NCBI RefSeq assembly: GCF_006345805.1
Contig: NC_042998.1
Span: forward strand, 88,350,001-88,414,000
Length of the DNA: 64,000 bases
Direction: 5' to 3'
Source of the DNA: Octopus sinensis
Lineage: Eukaryota
The notes under the pieces: generated by a model
Databases searched by the model: none
The model's input: the letters and a program-made list of their open reading frames with translations, nothing else
Told to the model about the DNA's origin: nothing
Shown here: piece by piece, positions 1 to 14,960 of the stretch
Layout of the letters: each line of letters starts with the position of its first letter
Numbering within the stretch: the stretch's first letter is position 1
Made by a program: the position numbers and the translations under genes

Positions 1-145
1 TTTATATTCCGGTCTATTTCTGGATGTTTATTATTTTTCAATCGTCTTCAGACGAATACTGATATTTCCTTTCAACGCTTCGATTCGTGCATCAATGCTT
101 CGACAGAAAAATCCCAATCAGCAGCCAATTCATTGGCCCATTTTA

Positions 146-153
146 TACATACA

Positions 154-251
<98 letters not shown>

Positions 252-530
252 TATATATATTTATACATGCACATATATCCACGTTCGTTTGTGTATGTGT
301 TTAGGTGTCTACTTATCTATGTATCTAAATGTGTCTATACATACACACACATATACTTATATAGATATGTGTGTGTATATAAACACACTTTCATGCGCGC
401 GCGAGCATTTTAAAATACATACGCTGGAATAAATATAAAATATACATACAAGTAAATATATTAAGATGTGAGCTCTATTCCTAGGACAGCCCCTTCTCTC
501 TCATTTTCACGTCTGCTGTTGCTCTTGTTT

Positions 531-618
<88 letters not shown>

Positions 619-696
619 TATATATATATACAGAGGGAAGGGAAGAGCGTGAGGATGAGTGACGGAGAGACAGAGAAAGAGGAGAGAGGGGGTATG

Positions 697-770
<74 letters not shown>

Positions 771-780
771 ATGATTGATT
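146..780. repeat. Compound microsatellites (TACA)n/(TA)n/(GATA)n
   Basis: Direct reading of pure tandem tracts at 146-260, 530-630 and 699-778; they explain the IY/YIHT/LSIY ORFs. Confidence 0.95.
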
Positions 781-886
781 GATTTGATATCTGTTTCACA
801 CTGGTTTGAAATGCAATGGAGCGAATGAAATGCTCACAATGAGAAATATGCGCAGACTATATTTGTATGTTTATATGTGGGTTGTA

Positions 887-917
<31 letters not shown>

Positions 918-968
918 GTGTTTATGTGTGTATCTACGTATGTATGCATATACACATACACACGTAGA

Positions 969-1044
<76 letters not shown>

Positions 1045-1841
1045 TACGTAAGCGCATATATCGTTCGAATAGTTCGATAGTGGAACACATCACGTGCTGG
1101 AATTGTTGTCTGGCAGCATGCTGTCGAATGGACGATGGAAACAATGGTAAACTCCAGCATCGAAGTAAGTTGCCAGTCGCCAATCAGTTTACGATGTTTA
1201 ATCACTACTCTGCTCCATCAGACATTGCCATTGTATTATATCAACATCCACTGTGGAAAGGTTCATTACCTCCAGTACTGCATTAAAGGAATCATCATGA
1301 AAGACTCTATTCTTTTCTTTTATATTTTCTTTTTAATTACACCGCCTTGAATTTTCCGTACAAATTTAGATCTAAGGCGAATTGACTCTCATTGTTATAG
1401 TACAATATATTGTGTAAAGTACTGACGAGAAGAGTTAGAAGATGAAGTTATCTTCAGCTGGTTAGACAGAATGTGCAGGCCGGTTTCGATTCCGATATTG
1501 AAGCAGAATCGCTTCTCTTACTTCACTCGTACAAGTAGGGAAGTTTTGAACGAAATTTTTCTCACATATAAGGTTGGCTCTGAACTGGTAGCTGTTTCGA
1601 CTCAGTACTGAACAGCTAGCGAATATATTGGTGGTTCGTTATCCCATCATCACCGTTACATTTTGTTTTTTATCAAGGCTCTTAACCTCCAAAGGCTAAG
1701 ATCATCTAGGCACTGCCGGATGGTGCTGTAATCCACTGCTTGATTGTTAAGTTCGATAGATGCATGCCACGTTTCTACAATACCCCAAAAGATCCCAGGT
1801 GTAAATTAGTTTTAAGTTGCTTGCCTCTTAAATCCTTACTA

Positions 1842-2037
1842 CTATAAGCACAAGACCTGAAATTTTATTGGGGGCGGGAAGCTATTGAAGTATATTAACC
1901 CCTCAATGCTCAACTGGTACTTATTTTATCTATCCCCAAATGTTGAAAGTCCAAGTCGACCGTGGTGGAATTTGAAATCAGAACGTAAAATCAACAGAAA
2001 TGCCGCTAAGCAGTTTTACGATTCTGCCAGCTCGACG
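1842..2037 (-). mobile_element. Decayed tRNA-derived SINE, family A (Meta-domain-like)
   Basis: Reverse complement matches the better copies at 51760-51973 and 9601-9810 (gaatcgt...cttagcggcatttc...ttcaaattcc...gtcgact...aataagtaccagttgagca...ggtcttgtgc). Confidence 0.75.
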
Positions 2038-2831
2038 ACTTACCATATCTTGTAATTAAATGCACTCACATTAGAATTAAACCGGGAGTATTCAGAAAAG
2101 AATGAATGTGGAAGCATTAATACCGTTATTTCTCAGGTACATTATTCTTTCATAAAAGCATAGCCATTATAATTCATTGCTTCTGATTCTAACACAGATT
2201 AAAATCTAAGTTTATCTTTCGAAATTTAATCCAATATCGACGTTTATTTTTGAAATTTAATCCAATATTGACAATCTATGATCAGAAAGCAACCATCAAT
2301 GTAAGAAACAGAAGAGCGTATATAATGTGATATAGGAAATCATAGAGGAATGAAATTGCCATTACACTCAGTAAAACACAATGTAAATTATGAGGAAAAA
2401 ATCATAAAAAAGCAAAACGGATAATGCTAGTGCAAACTCAAATGCTACAATCAGAGCAAAGATTTTTATAAAGGCTGTCATTATTGAAATGAATATAAAT
2501 GAATTTAAATATCGTAAGATTGTGTCACAGTGGCATTAAACTGTTATGCTTTAAACCAAAAATTTTAGCATATATACATATATATGAGAGAGAGACGGAC
2601 AGACAGAGAAGGGAAAGAGAGAGAGAAGTGAGGTACGGGGAGATTCGCAAATGAAACATTTAAAACAACAGAAGTGAAAGATGAAATTAATAATCCAGAG
2701 ATTTCAAACAGCTAATGTCAATGATACATTTTACAATATCTCTTACAAGACAATTTTGTGAGTCTTTCGGCACTTCATATGCGTATACATATATATACAT
2801 GCAAACATACATACGTACATATATACAGTCA

Positions 2832-2868
<37 letters not shown>

Positions 2869-4793
2869 TACTAATATAGGATGAACTTTTTTACAGAAAA
2901 AAAAATTCATCAAAAACGTGGCAGCATATTAAAATACTTTTAAAGGTTAAAAGAAAATGTTTATATATATGATACACACATATGTATACAAACACTCATA
3001 CTAATATGAATGCATATATGTATGTATATATATGTATACACTCTTTACATGTTAAGATGGAACGCTTACACATCTCGTAGTAATGCATTATAAATAAACG
3101 GTAATAACGAAATAGAAAAGGAGAATCGGAAAACAGAATGGAAAATGATATATTATGTAAATGATGATGTTTTCATAATTCACCCTCGGTGAGTGAACCG
3201 CGGTTCGGGTAGTCATAGTCGCATGTCTTACTCAATGTAGAATCTATCTAACTTTCATCGGACCTCCTATTATCCTGGAAAACAGTCGATTCATGCATAT
3301 ATTTTTATTTTATTTTGTTAGGTCAACGTGTATTTGATGAAGGGATGACCAAGACTATAAACTTATTAAGAATTGCCGGTTCAATAATTTACCTCCTTTT
3401 GATACCAGTTATCTCAAGACCGCCTGTGTTCTGTGGTACATACTTTTTGTTTTAGAGTGATCTAAATCTAAACCTTCTGAGTGTTTACGTTCCAAACATC
3501 CTCTTAATAATGATAAACTTATTTTACCAAATTCTTTATTTTTAAAATTAATTGAAACAAATGCAGATAATTCCAACAGAAATGTGATGACAAAAGGGTT
3601 AAGCTCATAAATCATTTGCTGCCGGAATTCCTTTTTTTACTTACTTTTGTTTTTCTTTCACAATGATCTAGTTTCGTCCAATATTATCAGAATTACACAT
3701 TTCTGTGTTTTGTGATATTCTAATCTTTTCAACAAAGCTTTTGCTGCAATATTTGTTTTGAACGAAATTTTCTTGTGATAATACAAGCGCAACACTAACT
3801 GTGCGGTTAACGAGTTCATTCCTTAACAACGTGGTTCCGATACTTCATTCAGGGCGCTGAATATATTAATGGTTAACGTTGAGCTTTGAGATGTAGTTAC
3901 AACGCCCCAGTGTATGAGAAATAAATTTCAGTGCCTCATAGGTTTCTATGTCCAAGTTTCGTCACTCTCTCGTTTAACTTTCTATTGGCGTCAATAAAAT
4001 AAGAACTAACATTCTATTGGGGGCTATTCAGTTGACAAAGTTTCTTCCTTTCAATAACAGGTCTTGCAACTAATCAAAAGAAATATAGAGAATCCTTAAT
4101 TCAGAAATTAAGATTACTACAATCACAAGGAGATAATAACAGAGTAAGGAACTATATATATTATGGTATTTCCATATAATAATAGTTATCATATTCAGTG
4201 AAAGCAATGGTTTATAGCAAAATACTTTTAGCCTATCCTGTAACGATTATAAATGCTATCATTATTAACAATGGACTATTTACAGCAGAGAAAGCGAAAT
4301 CATCCATAGTGAAAACCTTTTTTCCTCTCTTTTCGTTTACGAGGCAAATATACTGCGTTTTCTTGCTATTATCAGCCATCAGTTAAGTGTCGAAGAGAAA
4401 TCAAACGAATCTATACAAAAGGATGAGTTGAATTACAGGCTGAAAAGAAATTTCACGATACTGTTTCGTGGCACATCAGTAGTGAGTAATAAATCTTTTC
4501 TGAACTGAAAGGATTTGATAGGTTGCTAATAACTAATAGAATCCATGAAACTCAGTTGGTATTAAAACTTTCCAAAACGCAACAAATCTATTGATTCATT
4601 TTAGCCATAAAGTTTTCACTTTCTGTTGCGTGTCTTTTTTTTTCTAAGTAACTTAATGGTAACTTGCCGGGTTTATTTTATTTTATTGTACTTTTCACAA
4701 TCCAACAATTTCCCATTTTTTTGTAATGATCCACAAATTGTCTAACATCAACAAATATATATATATATATATATACATATGTATGTATGTATG

Positions 4794-4836
<43 letters not shown>

Positions 4837-4901
4837 GTATGTATGTATGTATGTATTATATATATATATATATATTATATATATATACATATGTATGTAT
4901 G

Positions 4902-4968
<67 letters not shown>

Positions 4969-6728
4969 CGTACGTACGTATAAAATTGTCGTTCGACTTC
5001 TCATGCTTGATTACTATGGACATATTCTCATTAGAAAAAGAGAACTTATTTGAAATTAATATTCTTTTGCCTTGTCGTATTTTTTTACTCATAAACTTTT
5101 CACATGAACTTTGGAGAGTTTATAGTTGTTGAGAATATAATATTTTCTGGCTCCCAAAATGGAAGCCAAGTATTGTGTATCAACTTGAAAATATCCTCAG
5201 TGATAGAAAAGTTAACATTTGAAGTGGTTGTAGCAGTTTTAGTTCTATGTTTTAGTTCTATGTTGCAGTAATTGTGGTATTTTTTTGCAACTGAATAAGC
5301 CAAGATTGCCTTGTCCCCATTGCGAAGATGTTTGTCACATGTCTATGATGTAGGTATGTGGCACGCGGGCAGAGGCAGTTATAAAGGAATGGAAGATGAT
5401 TTCATCTACCTTGGAGAGAATGTTGTTGGAGTTTATGGCAATTAGTTAAAATATTTTAACTGGGAAAGTGGAACACTATAAATTATTAAATCGTTAAAGC
5501 ATCGCTTTTTCTTTATGCAGTTTTTCTAGAGCACGATAGCCGGATGAATACACTGACGAAAGTGAATGATGTGAATAATTTAAGCAAGCAGAGTACTCTT
5601 TATCAATTTAGGTCAGCACGAAGATGGCTAACTAGAAGTTAAGCAACAATAACAACAACATCAACAATGTCAAACTACTTTCTAAAGTCTACCTTCGCCT
5701 TGCAATTCTCTAGAAATGTTGCATCTCATGTTTTTCCAGCAGACGTCAATCTAAAAAAGTTCAAAGTAAATATTCCCTGCACTGGGGTTCACTACTCTGA
5801 TAGGAGGAAGACTTCAAAAGCCATAAAAACAGCCAATTCCACCCTAACTAATTAAATCTAAAAAACAGTCACTCAAACAAATTAAGTAACCAAGAAATCT
5901 TTCTACAGATTTTCAACATTAAATCAACTAGTTTTGATCAACCAGAGCTGTCAGTTGTAACTCATGTTAATTTCTGACGGCCTTGCTGTGTAAGATTGCG
6001 GTTTAAACCAGCTATCTATATTCATTTTCATACTGGTTATGTACGCAAAGAAAAAAATTACATGATCTGTCTCGAGTAATTTACAAAGCTACGAAAAAGT
6101 CATGATTTATCACAGGCACACACACGCACACACACACGTATAAATATATTTACAGGTATGTATATTTATGTATGTGTGCACATGCCATGTGTATAGGCAT
6201 GCACATGTGTATTTTCATCATCGCTACCGTTGGAATATATGGGCTGTAATTTTTAAACTCTACAAACGCAATCTTATGAGAGGGGTGGCAAGTGCGAAGT
6301 TAAGACCGGACTAATTGAGATTAATTATTTAAAATTAATTCAATTTCTTCAACTAGAAAAATAAAACTACTCAACAAAATTTGAAATCATAACTAGATAA
6401 CATCATGATTAATTTGGTTAGGAAACATTTATACTTTTTAGTTCAAATTTTGATTAATCTCGTCCAGTAAACTTCCGTCTCTGTAATCTAATTGCGTTAT
6501 AAAACAAAATCTAATATATTCCAATGAACTTTTGTCATTTTTTTTTTTTTAATTAAGGAACATTAAGTCCATGTAATCTCGAAATGAGTCCAAATACAAT
6601 GATTTAACAATTTTGTTTTATACTGCAAAGAAGGTTTACATCTGGCACTGCATTGACTTTATCAATTTGGAAGAGCCTGAAAACGACATGACTCTTGTCC
6701 AACATCCTTCCTCTTCTTCGTTTTCTTC

Positions 6729-6764
<36 letters not shown>

Positions 6765-6780
6765 TTTTTTTTTAATAATA

Positions 6781-9556
6781 CAAAATTAGAAAAGACCTGT
6801 CGATTCTTAATGAAATCAGCAAACAATCAACGCTACTGAGCAACAAAAAGAGAACAAAAATGCTCCGCAAATATAACATCACAGAAAAAGATTTGCCGGA
6901 GATAAAAGAAAAGCTGAAGCAAGATATCCTTGCCAAAGCTCAAAGGATCCGCCGGTACGAGAAACGCCAACGCTTCTTTGAACAGAACAAAAAGTTCAAC
7001 TCCAACCCCTGGGAAAAAATAAAATAGAAATCACTGCAGCACCAACGGCAGAAGAATTGGAAGAATTCTGGAGAGAAATATGGTCGGCGAACGAACAGCA
7101 AAAAAAAAGGAGTATCAAAATAACAAACTCGGCATCTGAACAACTTTGGACCCCCATAACAACTGAAGAGGTCACCCAGGCACTGCAAAAACTAAGCAAC
7201 TGGAAGGCACCTGGGCATGACAAGATCCCCAACTTCTGGTTGAAATATCTAACAGGAATGCACAAAAAGCTGGCTGAAAACTTTAACAGCATACTAGCAG
7301 AGCCAGAGACAATGCCTGAATGGCTCACGAAGGGGAAAACCATCTTAATTCCCAAATCAAATGAAACAGCAAAACCAAGAAAACTACAGACCAATAACCT
7401 GCCTCCCTACTATGTTCAAGGCATTTACTGCAGTGAGTGATATCGCAAAGGCTGAACAGCACCTGGACGAAAACAAACTGTTCCCAGAAGAGCAGAAAGG
7501 ATGCCGCAAAGGCTCATATGGCTGTAAAGATCAACTAATGATTAATAAAGCCGTAACTGAAGACAGCCACAGAAAAAAGAAAGGCCTCAGTATGGCCTGG
7601 ATTGACTACAAAAAGGCGTTTGATAGCATCCCCACACATGGATCCTCGAAACACTAGCCATTAACAAAGTAGCACCAACAATCATAAAATTCATAGAGCA
7701 CTCTATGAATAAATGGCAAACAGGCCTACACCTCCAAACAAAAGAGGGACTCATGAAAAAACAAAGACATCCCCATTAGAAGAGGAATATTCCAGGGAGA
7801 CACGCTCTCTCCACTCCTTTTCTGCTTGGCACTGTCACCTCTATCTGATATGCTAAATAGAACTGGATGCGGATATAAATGTTACGGCAAAACGATCAGC
7901 CACCTTTATATATGGATGACCTAAAACTATACGCTGCAAATGACAAACAGCTGGAAAACACTATTAAAGACAGTTCATGTATTTATCAAAGAAATAGATA
8001 TGAAATTTGGATTAGAAAAATGCGCCAAAGTAACCATGAAAGACGAAAACTAGTTAAGAGTAACAACATCACACTAGATAAAACCAATGAAATAAAAGAA
8101 TTAGACCAAAGCCAAAATACAAATACTTAGGAATCCATGAACTAGATAGACACAACACACAAAATGAAAGAGAAAATAAAAAAAGAATATTATAGACGAG
8201 TTAGATCAATACTAAAAACAGAGCTCAATGCTAAAAACAAGATAATAGGTATCAACACTTTAGCAGTCCCAGTTATAAGTTACAGCTACAATATCCTTAA
8301 CTGGACACGAAATGAACTGTCCAAAATAGATAGGAAAACAAGAAAAATACTGACAGGATCTAGGATGCATCACCAAAATCTGACATAGAAAGACATATAT
8401 ACAACGTATAGAAGGTGGTAGAGGCCTTATACAGCTGGAAAACTACTATAAAATAACCACCATAGGACTGCAAAAATACCTACATCAGAAAAAAGGAAAA
8501 CTGATCCAGATAGCAGCAAAACACGAGCAAAACAAAAAACTGTTCTCAGTATTTAAGGAAGCTGACAAATACAAACAAGAAATCATACCACCTAATAAAC
8601 ACGAAGAAGAAGAAGATGATGAAGAAACAACAAAAGCTATAAAACAAATGAAATCCAAACTAAAAATAGAACAGCAACGAACCATGATAAAACGATGGCA
8701 AGAAAAGCCCCTTCATGGTAAATACTGCACTAAACTAAATGCAAAAGAAATAGATAAAGAAAAATTCCAGCAATGGTTGAGAAGCTCAGGACTCAAAGCA
8801 GAAACAGAGGGATTTTTAATTGCAGCACAAGACCAAAGCCTCCCCACCAGAAATTACCAAAAACATGTAATGAAAAGAAATATTACAAGTAACTGCAGAA
8901 TATGTGGAGATGGACAAGAAACAATAAATCATATTATCTCTAGCTGCCCAGTCCTGGCTAAGAAGGAATATATTCACAGACATGATAGAGTTGGAACCTA
9001 CATACATTGGAAGCTATGCCAACATTATGGAATAACAACAGAAAAAAGATGGTATAGGCACATACCAGAAAAGGTCACAGAAAACGAGAAAGCAACCATA
9101 CTCTGGGATATGCCGATACACACAGATAGAGAAATTAAGGCCAACAGACCAGATATAGTTGTCAGAGATCATGAAGAAAAAAATGCTTTCTAATTGATGT
9201 ATCAATACCGGCAGATGACAACGTGTCTCTAAAAGAAATGGAGAAACTCTCAAAATACAAATACCTGGAAATAGAGGTAACTAGAATGTGGACTCTGAAA
9301 ACAGAAACAATTCCTATCATAGTAGGTGCATTAGGCATGATAAAAAAATATTCAGACAAATACATAACAAAAACACCAGGACTTACAAACACATATAACA
9401 TACAGAAAATTGCACTACTAGGCACTGCACACATCCTACGCAGAACACTTTCCATACAATAACCATTAGAGCATCACAACAAATCACAGCACATACCCAA
9501 GGCACACAGAGCTGCGCTCGGTAGTGAAGTGAAAGCACGCTATAAAAATAAAACTA

Positions 9557-9559
<3 letters not shown>
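6781..9559 (+). mobile_element. 5'-truncated non-LTR retrotransposon, R4/Dong-like (RT, CCHC zinc knuckle, restriction-like endonuclease), frameshifted
   Basis: Translated pieces: LKQDILAKAQRIRRYEKRQ; RT motifs NYRPITCLPTMFK, EQKGCRKGSYGCKDQLMIN, WIDYKKAFDSIP, GIFQGDTLSPLLFCLAL, LYMDDLKLYA; CRICGDGQETINHIISSC; RHDRV; WDMPIHTDREIKANRPDIVVRD then LIDVSIP; PIIVGALG; stop at 9462; ~100 nt 3' UTR; (TAA)n at 9560-9600 and at 6730-6759. Confidence 0.93.
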
Positions 9560-9600
<41 letters not shown>

Positions 9601-9601
<1 letters not shown>

Positions 9602-9810
9602 CCTTTCTATTATAGGCACAAGGGGCCTGAAATTTGCGAGAAGGGAGTAAATCGATTATATCGACCCCAGTGCGTAACTGGTACTTATTTAATCGACCCC
9701 GAAAGGACGAAAGGCAAAGGCGACCTCGACGGAATTTGCACTCAGAGCGTAGCGACAGACGAAATGCCGCTAAGCATTTCACCCGCCGTACTAACGATTC
9801 TGTCAGCACA
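9601..9810 (-). mobile_element. tRNA-derived SINE, family A (Meta-domain-like), (TTA)n-tailed subfamily
   Basis: Reverse complement aligns with 51760-51973; ends ...gtgcctataatagaaagga followed by (TTA)n in element sense. Confidence 0.85.
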
Positions 9811-10979
9811 CAATAATAATAATAATTATCATCATTATTATTAAAGTGATTATTATTATTATTATTATTATTATAGATTTGAAAAAAGAACCCCATGATG
9901 TGCGTAGTGATGAAAAATCTGCAACGATCCTTAATCTATTGCTCGGTTTAACCATCATTTGGCTATTGGATGCCTTAAACGGAATCCATTCTGTTGTCAG
10001 CATTTGAGTCTAATTCCAAACAGAGGATAAATTTCCCCTTCCCACCCAACAGTATGGGGGCCTTAAAAATGTGTCGTGAACGATATTTTTTATTTGTAAA
10101 TATTTTTGTTCTTAAACACGCTTAGCTAGGGCTATGCCCTACTAATTCATAGATTTTAAATTCAAATCCAAAGGTAGACATTTTATTGTATATTTGATTT
10201 CTATTTGTTTCATTTTTTTTTTTCATCCGACTGATACTTATTCTAGTGGCTCAGGAGACAATATTTGAGGTTATTAAACCTATTAAACTTAAATAAAAAC
10301 GCTGATATTCATAATTTATTTGATTTGTGATTGAACAGGGAGAGCACTGGCAAAAGGAAAAGGTTTCCCAGAATTTAGTTACTTCTCTTTCGTTCTGAAT
10401 CCAAATCCTATAAAGATGACTTTACATTCACTCGACTACGATCGATAAAATAAACTCAGTCAAGAATACTGTATCCATTTAAATGACTTAACACGTATAG
10501 CCCTGAGCTTATGTTTAAATCATAATAGTTTTTGTTAGTTAATTATTTAAACAACTATATAAAAGAATTTGAGAGAACATAATCACATCTAAACGAGACT
10601 ATAATTCATTATTCTATATGTAGCAAAATCGATACCCTGTCAACAAAATGACCTCAAATAAATCTAACTTTTAATCGAACTCTATCCCTCTGTATCCCTC
10701 CTTTACGCTTTAACTTCAAACTCTGATCAATTTTCCTCTTAAGTCTCAAAGAGTGATAAAACAAGCATTACCCTTATATTGAGTCTATTCAATCGACTAT
10801 ACACCTTCTCTGTAGTGGTAATAATGTATTCGATTTATATGGCTTAGATCTACCAGTCATGCAAAAAAAATAGTCGAAAGTCACTGCAACTTGTTATTTA
10901 AACATTAAATCTCTTAACAAGATTCAAATCTTACCAAAACTACTATAACCTAAACTGTGAATTGACTTCAAAAGAAAGT

Positions 10980-11450
10980 GAGTCGTTGGCCAATCATCAA
11001 AATGTATGTAAAATGGGTTAATGTTTATGACTCCCGTAAGCCATTGCACTATCTTTGTGCAAATCTAGTCAACCGTGCGAACTCAATTCTTCTTCAAAAT
11101 ATACCCACAGGAAGACTTAAATTATGTTCTAATTGGTAATGAATCATTAATCTATTTTAAAGAGCTCCTTTTACACAGGAAGGTGCAGTATTTACAATTA
11201 TGTCGGTTGCTTTTGCTTTGACGATACACGCATAACAGAATTGTAACCCTTTATGGATTCATCCAGTAGCAACTACACAATTTAGCAAAGATCAACGGAA
11301 GAGGGAAGCAAAACAAGTATATTTGACATAGCACAATATCAATCGCTTGAATAAATCCTCGGGAGTCAAAAAGTTGGCCGAAAATGAAATCTGTGGTGTT
11401 TTGGGACCGAAAACCAGGGCTGTAATACGCCGATCGCGTTTTATGAAGTG
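10980..11450 (+). pseudogene. Possible very decayed mariner-like transposase remnant
   Basis: Short translated motifs in the expected order: KMYVKWV (cf. K.CAKWVP), RIVT (cf. RIVTGDETW), KSVVFWDRK (cf. MATVFWD.KG). No TIRs found and many stops. Confidence 0.3.
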
Positions 11451-12799
11451 CCACAGTTGCTTGAATCATAGCCTTAACGTGGTCTTGAAAACATCAAGAA
11501 CAAGAATGATTTACATTAGAAAACAAGAGTTACTTAGGTGTATACTTTGATAGTGTTGGTGAGGTGCATAGTCGATTGAACCGATTTATCTACATAACCT
11601 AATACAGCGTGATGAAACAGAAGATAACATCAACTGGATTAGAACCGTCAATGTTCGAGACTGAAAAATTACTTTTATAGCGAAGAATATAGACTATCAC
11701 TAGTCCTCTCGGCTCTTGACTCTTTTCTTGTAGTGTGCGAGATCGAAGACAGACGAAACTGCAAAGCATTCGTGTGTTTTGGAGAAAAGTAAGTTAATTT
11801 TGAACGAGTCCCCCTTAGTGTCTACTCTTTTCCTTTCTTGCATGAAACTGTAACTTAGCTCTCTATTATTTTCGTTATTCCACTTAGTTATATTTGAAAT
11901 GCAAAAATAAAAACAAAGCGAGAAACTCCAATGCTTAGAATCGAAACTGTGTTGAAATATACGCACAAAAGACAATTCTTACTTTATAGAACTTGTGAAA
12001 CAAATTTTATCAGAGCATTATTTATGCATCGATTAATGAGACAAATATTTTTACTTTTTTTAAGATGAATTTATTCAGTCAACATTAAAAAAAAAATAAC
12101 GATAATTACTCTTGAATTTCTCTTCTCTAATCTAACTAGAATTTAACACCGTGGTCGCAGTGAAAAATGTTGAATCTGGCTGAACCAAATACTGCAAAGC
12201 ATATAATTCGGTACTCTGCTATTTCTGCCACATCATCGCAATTTATCTTTAAAAAACTAATGAATTCATACGTTAGCAGCAGCATACTGTCACAAATGCT
12301 TAAAGGATGGCTATAGTGAATCGTATCGATCCTAAAACATGACTTGATAGTTATTTTATCGACTATCAATATTCTTTATTTCTCTTTTTTTTTTTTCATT
12401 ATGTAGGGAGTATGCAATTTTCGGAAGAGAACAGTTTTCTCAAAAGAAGAAAAGCTATGTTTTACGTACATGATTTTTTAAGGGTTATTATGATGTAAAT
12501 GAGGTGGATCTAAAGGGGAATTTCAATTACTTTATGGGCCCTATTCACCAGGTGTCTAATAATTACTATTTTTATTTTTGGCTCTGGTTTCTAGAATACG
12601 AGATATACAATGGTCATGACAGTTTCGTCACAAATTATTAGGAACATGAAGGATAATAAATAGCTACAATAAGTAGACGACAAACTAACGAAGTAATCCC
12701 TACCTAGTTAGAATGAATTGTTAGAAACTACTGCATTTTATTTCGTATTGTGAAACATTGAGAGTCTGACAAGCAAAGGAAGGGAAGGAGTTATGCACC

Positions 12800-12950
12800 A
12801 GCATGCAGTTGGTATTCATTATGGCTAGTAGACTGAAGTAACGTGAAATGACGTGTCTTACACAAGAATACCGTGTGCCACCGGTCCAGGAATTCAAATC
12901 ACGATCTTATGATCAACAGCCGAACACGCTAAGCACTGTGCCACGCACTT
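12800..12950 (-). mobile_element. tRNA-derived SINE, family C (CORE/V-like central domain), decayed
   Basis: Reverse complement has a tRNA-like head (gtggcacagtgcttagcgtg...tttgaattcctgg) then cttgtgtaagacacgtcatttcacgttacttcagtctac; similar to 16640-16960 and 32200-32360. Confidence 0.6.
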
Positions 12951-13610
12951 TCACAAAACACAAATACCAATCATTATTGAAGTTCATTCAATTTTCTGCA
13001 CTAACCTACTTCAAAATTGGTGGCTTTGAGACAAAGTTAGAAATCAATATTGCAAAATTAATGGAAAGGCATACAAAACGTAAATATCTCATTATTTAGC
13101 TTATTTATAAATCCTACTCTCATTTAAAACGACGAAAACAACAATATCGGTGAGAAGAACAAGAATAAAATTATTCATGGAAACGAATATTATGCATAGA
13201 TTGGATCTAGCAGGAGATGACGTCATCTAAAATAAAATAAAATAAAATAAACGGTTACATATATTTAAAAATAGTTCGACCGATATCCCACCGCTGGATA
13301 TTGAATAAGTAAATAGATACATAAATAAAATAAATAAGTAAGTAAATAAGACATAGCAATTAACTTTTTTTTTCCTATTGGATAGCTGATGAGTCTGTCA
13401 GAATACGGCTTGCATTAACGATTGATTTGAAATTCACTAATTCTTTGACATATATTCTTATTGTTAAGCTTCGCTTCTACTTTTAGAAAAGAGAAATGTC
13501 TGAAAAGGTTTCCATTCGTAGTTTCTGTATTTCGTCAGATAGAATTGTATATAGTAACGCATCGTGTGAACGCATGTGCGTCTAAGATTATTCTGTACAA
13601 ATAATATATC

Positions 13611-13668
<58 letters not shown>

Positions 13669-13728
13669 GTATGTATCCAAATGCATATACGTGTGTATAT
13701 ATATGCATGTATGTATATGTATATATAT

Positions 13729-13803
<75 letters not shown>

Positions 13804-14196
13804 GTGTATATAAGTGTATGTGTGTATACATGTACATTCCATATGAAAATGTACGTGCTATGTATAAAAGGTTGCCCCGTGTACACAAATCTTTCCTATT
13901 CTATTGAGGTTGAAATAGTAACAGAAACATAGAACGGCACCTAGGGTAAATTGATATCTATGTTACTGTTAATATCAGTATTTCCTTGTTTATTTTGAAC
14001 GTATATCCTTGTAAGCATATTAGATTCCATTATATTACTTCTAAATTATTATATAGCGCATTCTATATGGTTGATATCTGTAAAGACATATCAAAAGAAA
14101 GATAGACATGTATGTGTGTGTGAGGCTGTGCGTGTTTGTATGTATATATGTATGTACACACACACATGCGCACATGCACACACACGCACACATTTA

Positions 14197-14278
<82 letters not shown>

Positions 14279-14531
14279 TATACATGTCCACGCTTTAAAG
14301 TGCTTCATGATAGGAAGAACATTCAGATGTGAATCATACTACAAATAATATTATGACATACACAACAACGAAGCAACAAAGTTGGTCTATCTTTTCTCTG
14401 TTGCTGGGTTTGTCATATGTTGAAGATCCGTGATGAATTGTGAAACCGCGTAAAACTCGACCATCGGGTGTCAGCGAGGAGAAACCGTGGTAAACAATGC
14501 TGATGGTAACGGGAAGGACGAAGAGCTAGAG

Positions 14532-14569
<38 letters not shown>

Positions 14570-14572
<3 letters not shown>

Positions 14573-14960
14573 GCTGTCTGGTAAGTAGCTTGCTTACCAA
14601 CCACATGGTTCCGGGTTCAGTCCCTCTGCGCAGCACCTTGGGCAAGTGTCTTCAACTATAGACTTGGGCCGACCAAACACTTGTGAGTGGATTTGGTAGA
14701 CGGAAACTGAAAGAATCCCGTCGATATTTTATGTGTGTGTGTGTGTGTGTGTTTATGTGTCTGTGTTTGTACTCCCACCATCGCTTAACAACCGATGTTG
14801 GTGTGTTCATGTCTCCGTAACTTAGTGGTTCGGTAAAAGAGACCGATAGAATAAGTACTAGGCTTACAAAGAATAGCACTGGGGTCGATTTGTTCGACTA
14901 AAGGCGGTGCTCCAGCATGACCGCAGTCAAATGGCTGTAATAAATAAAATAATAAAAGAA
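14570..14960 (+). mobile_element. tRNA-derived SINE, family B, with internal microsatellite
   Basis: Head gtggctgtctggtaagtagcttgcttaccaaccacatggttccgggttcagtccc (A/B-box-like), ccttgggcaagtgtctt, internal (TG)n, and a 3' part shared with 40386-40820, 45975-46240 and 62881-63870. Confidence 0.9.

Noticed and set aside
1079-1169. Exon-like stretch ending in gtaagt (WNTSRAGIVVWQHAVEWTMETMVNSSIE)
   Set aside because: The acceptor lacks a pyrimidine tract and no frame gives a recognisable protein.
10110-10518. Possible old MITE with ~25-bp inverted ends
   Set aside because: The inverted match is weak and gapped, with no convincing TSD.
13215-13228. Perfect palindrome agatgacgtcatct containing a CRE (TGACGTCA)
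   Set aside because: A single short motif with no promoter context; it cannot be told from chance without conservation data.
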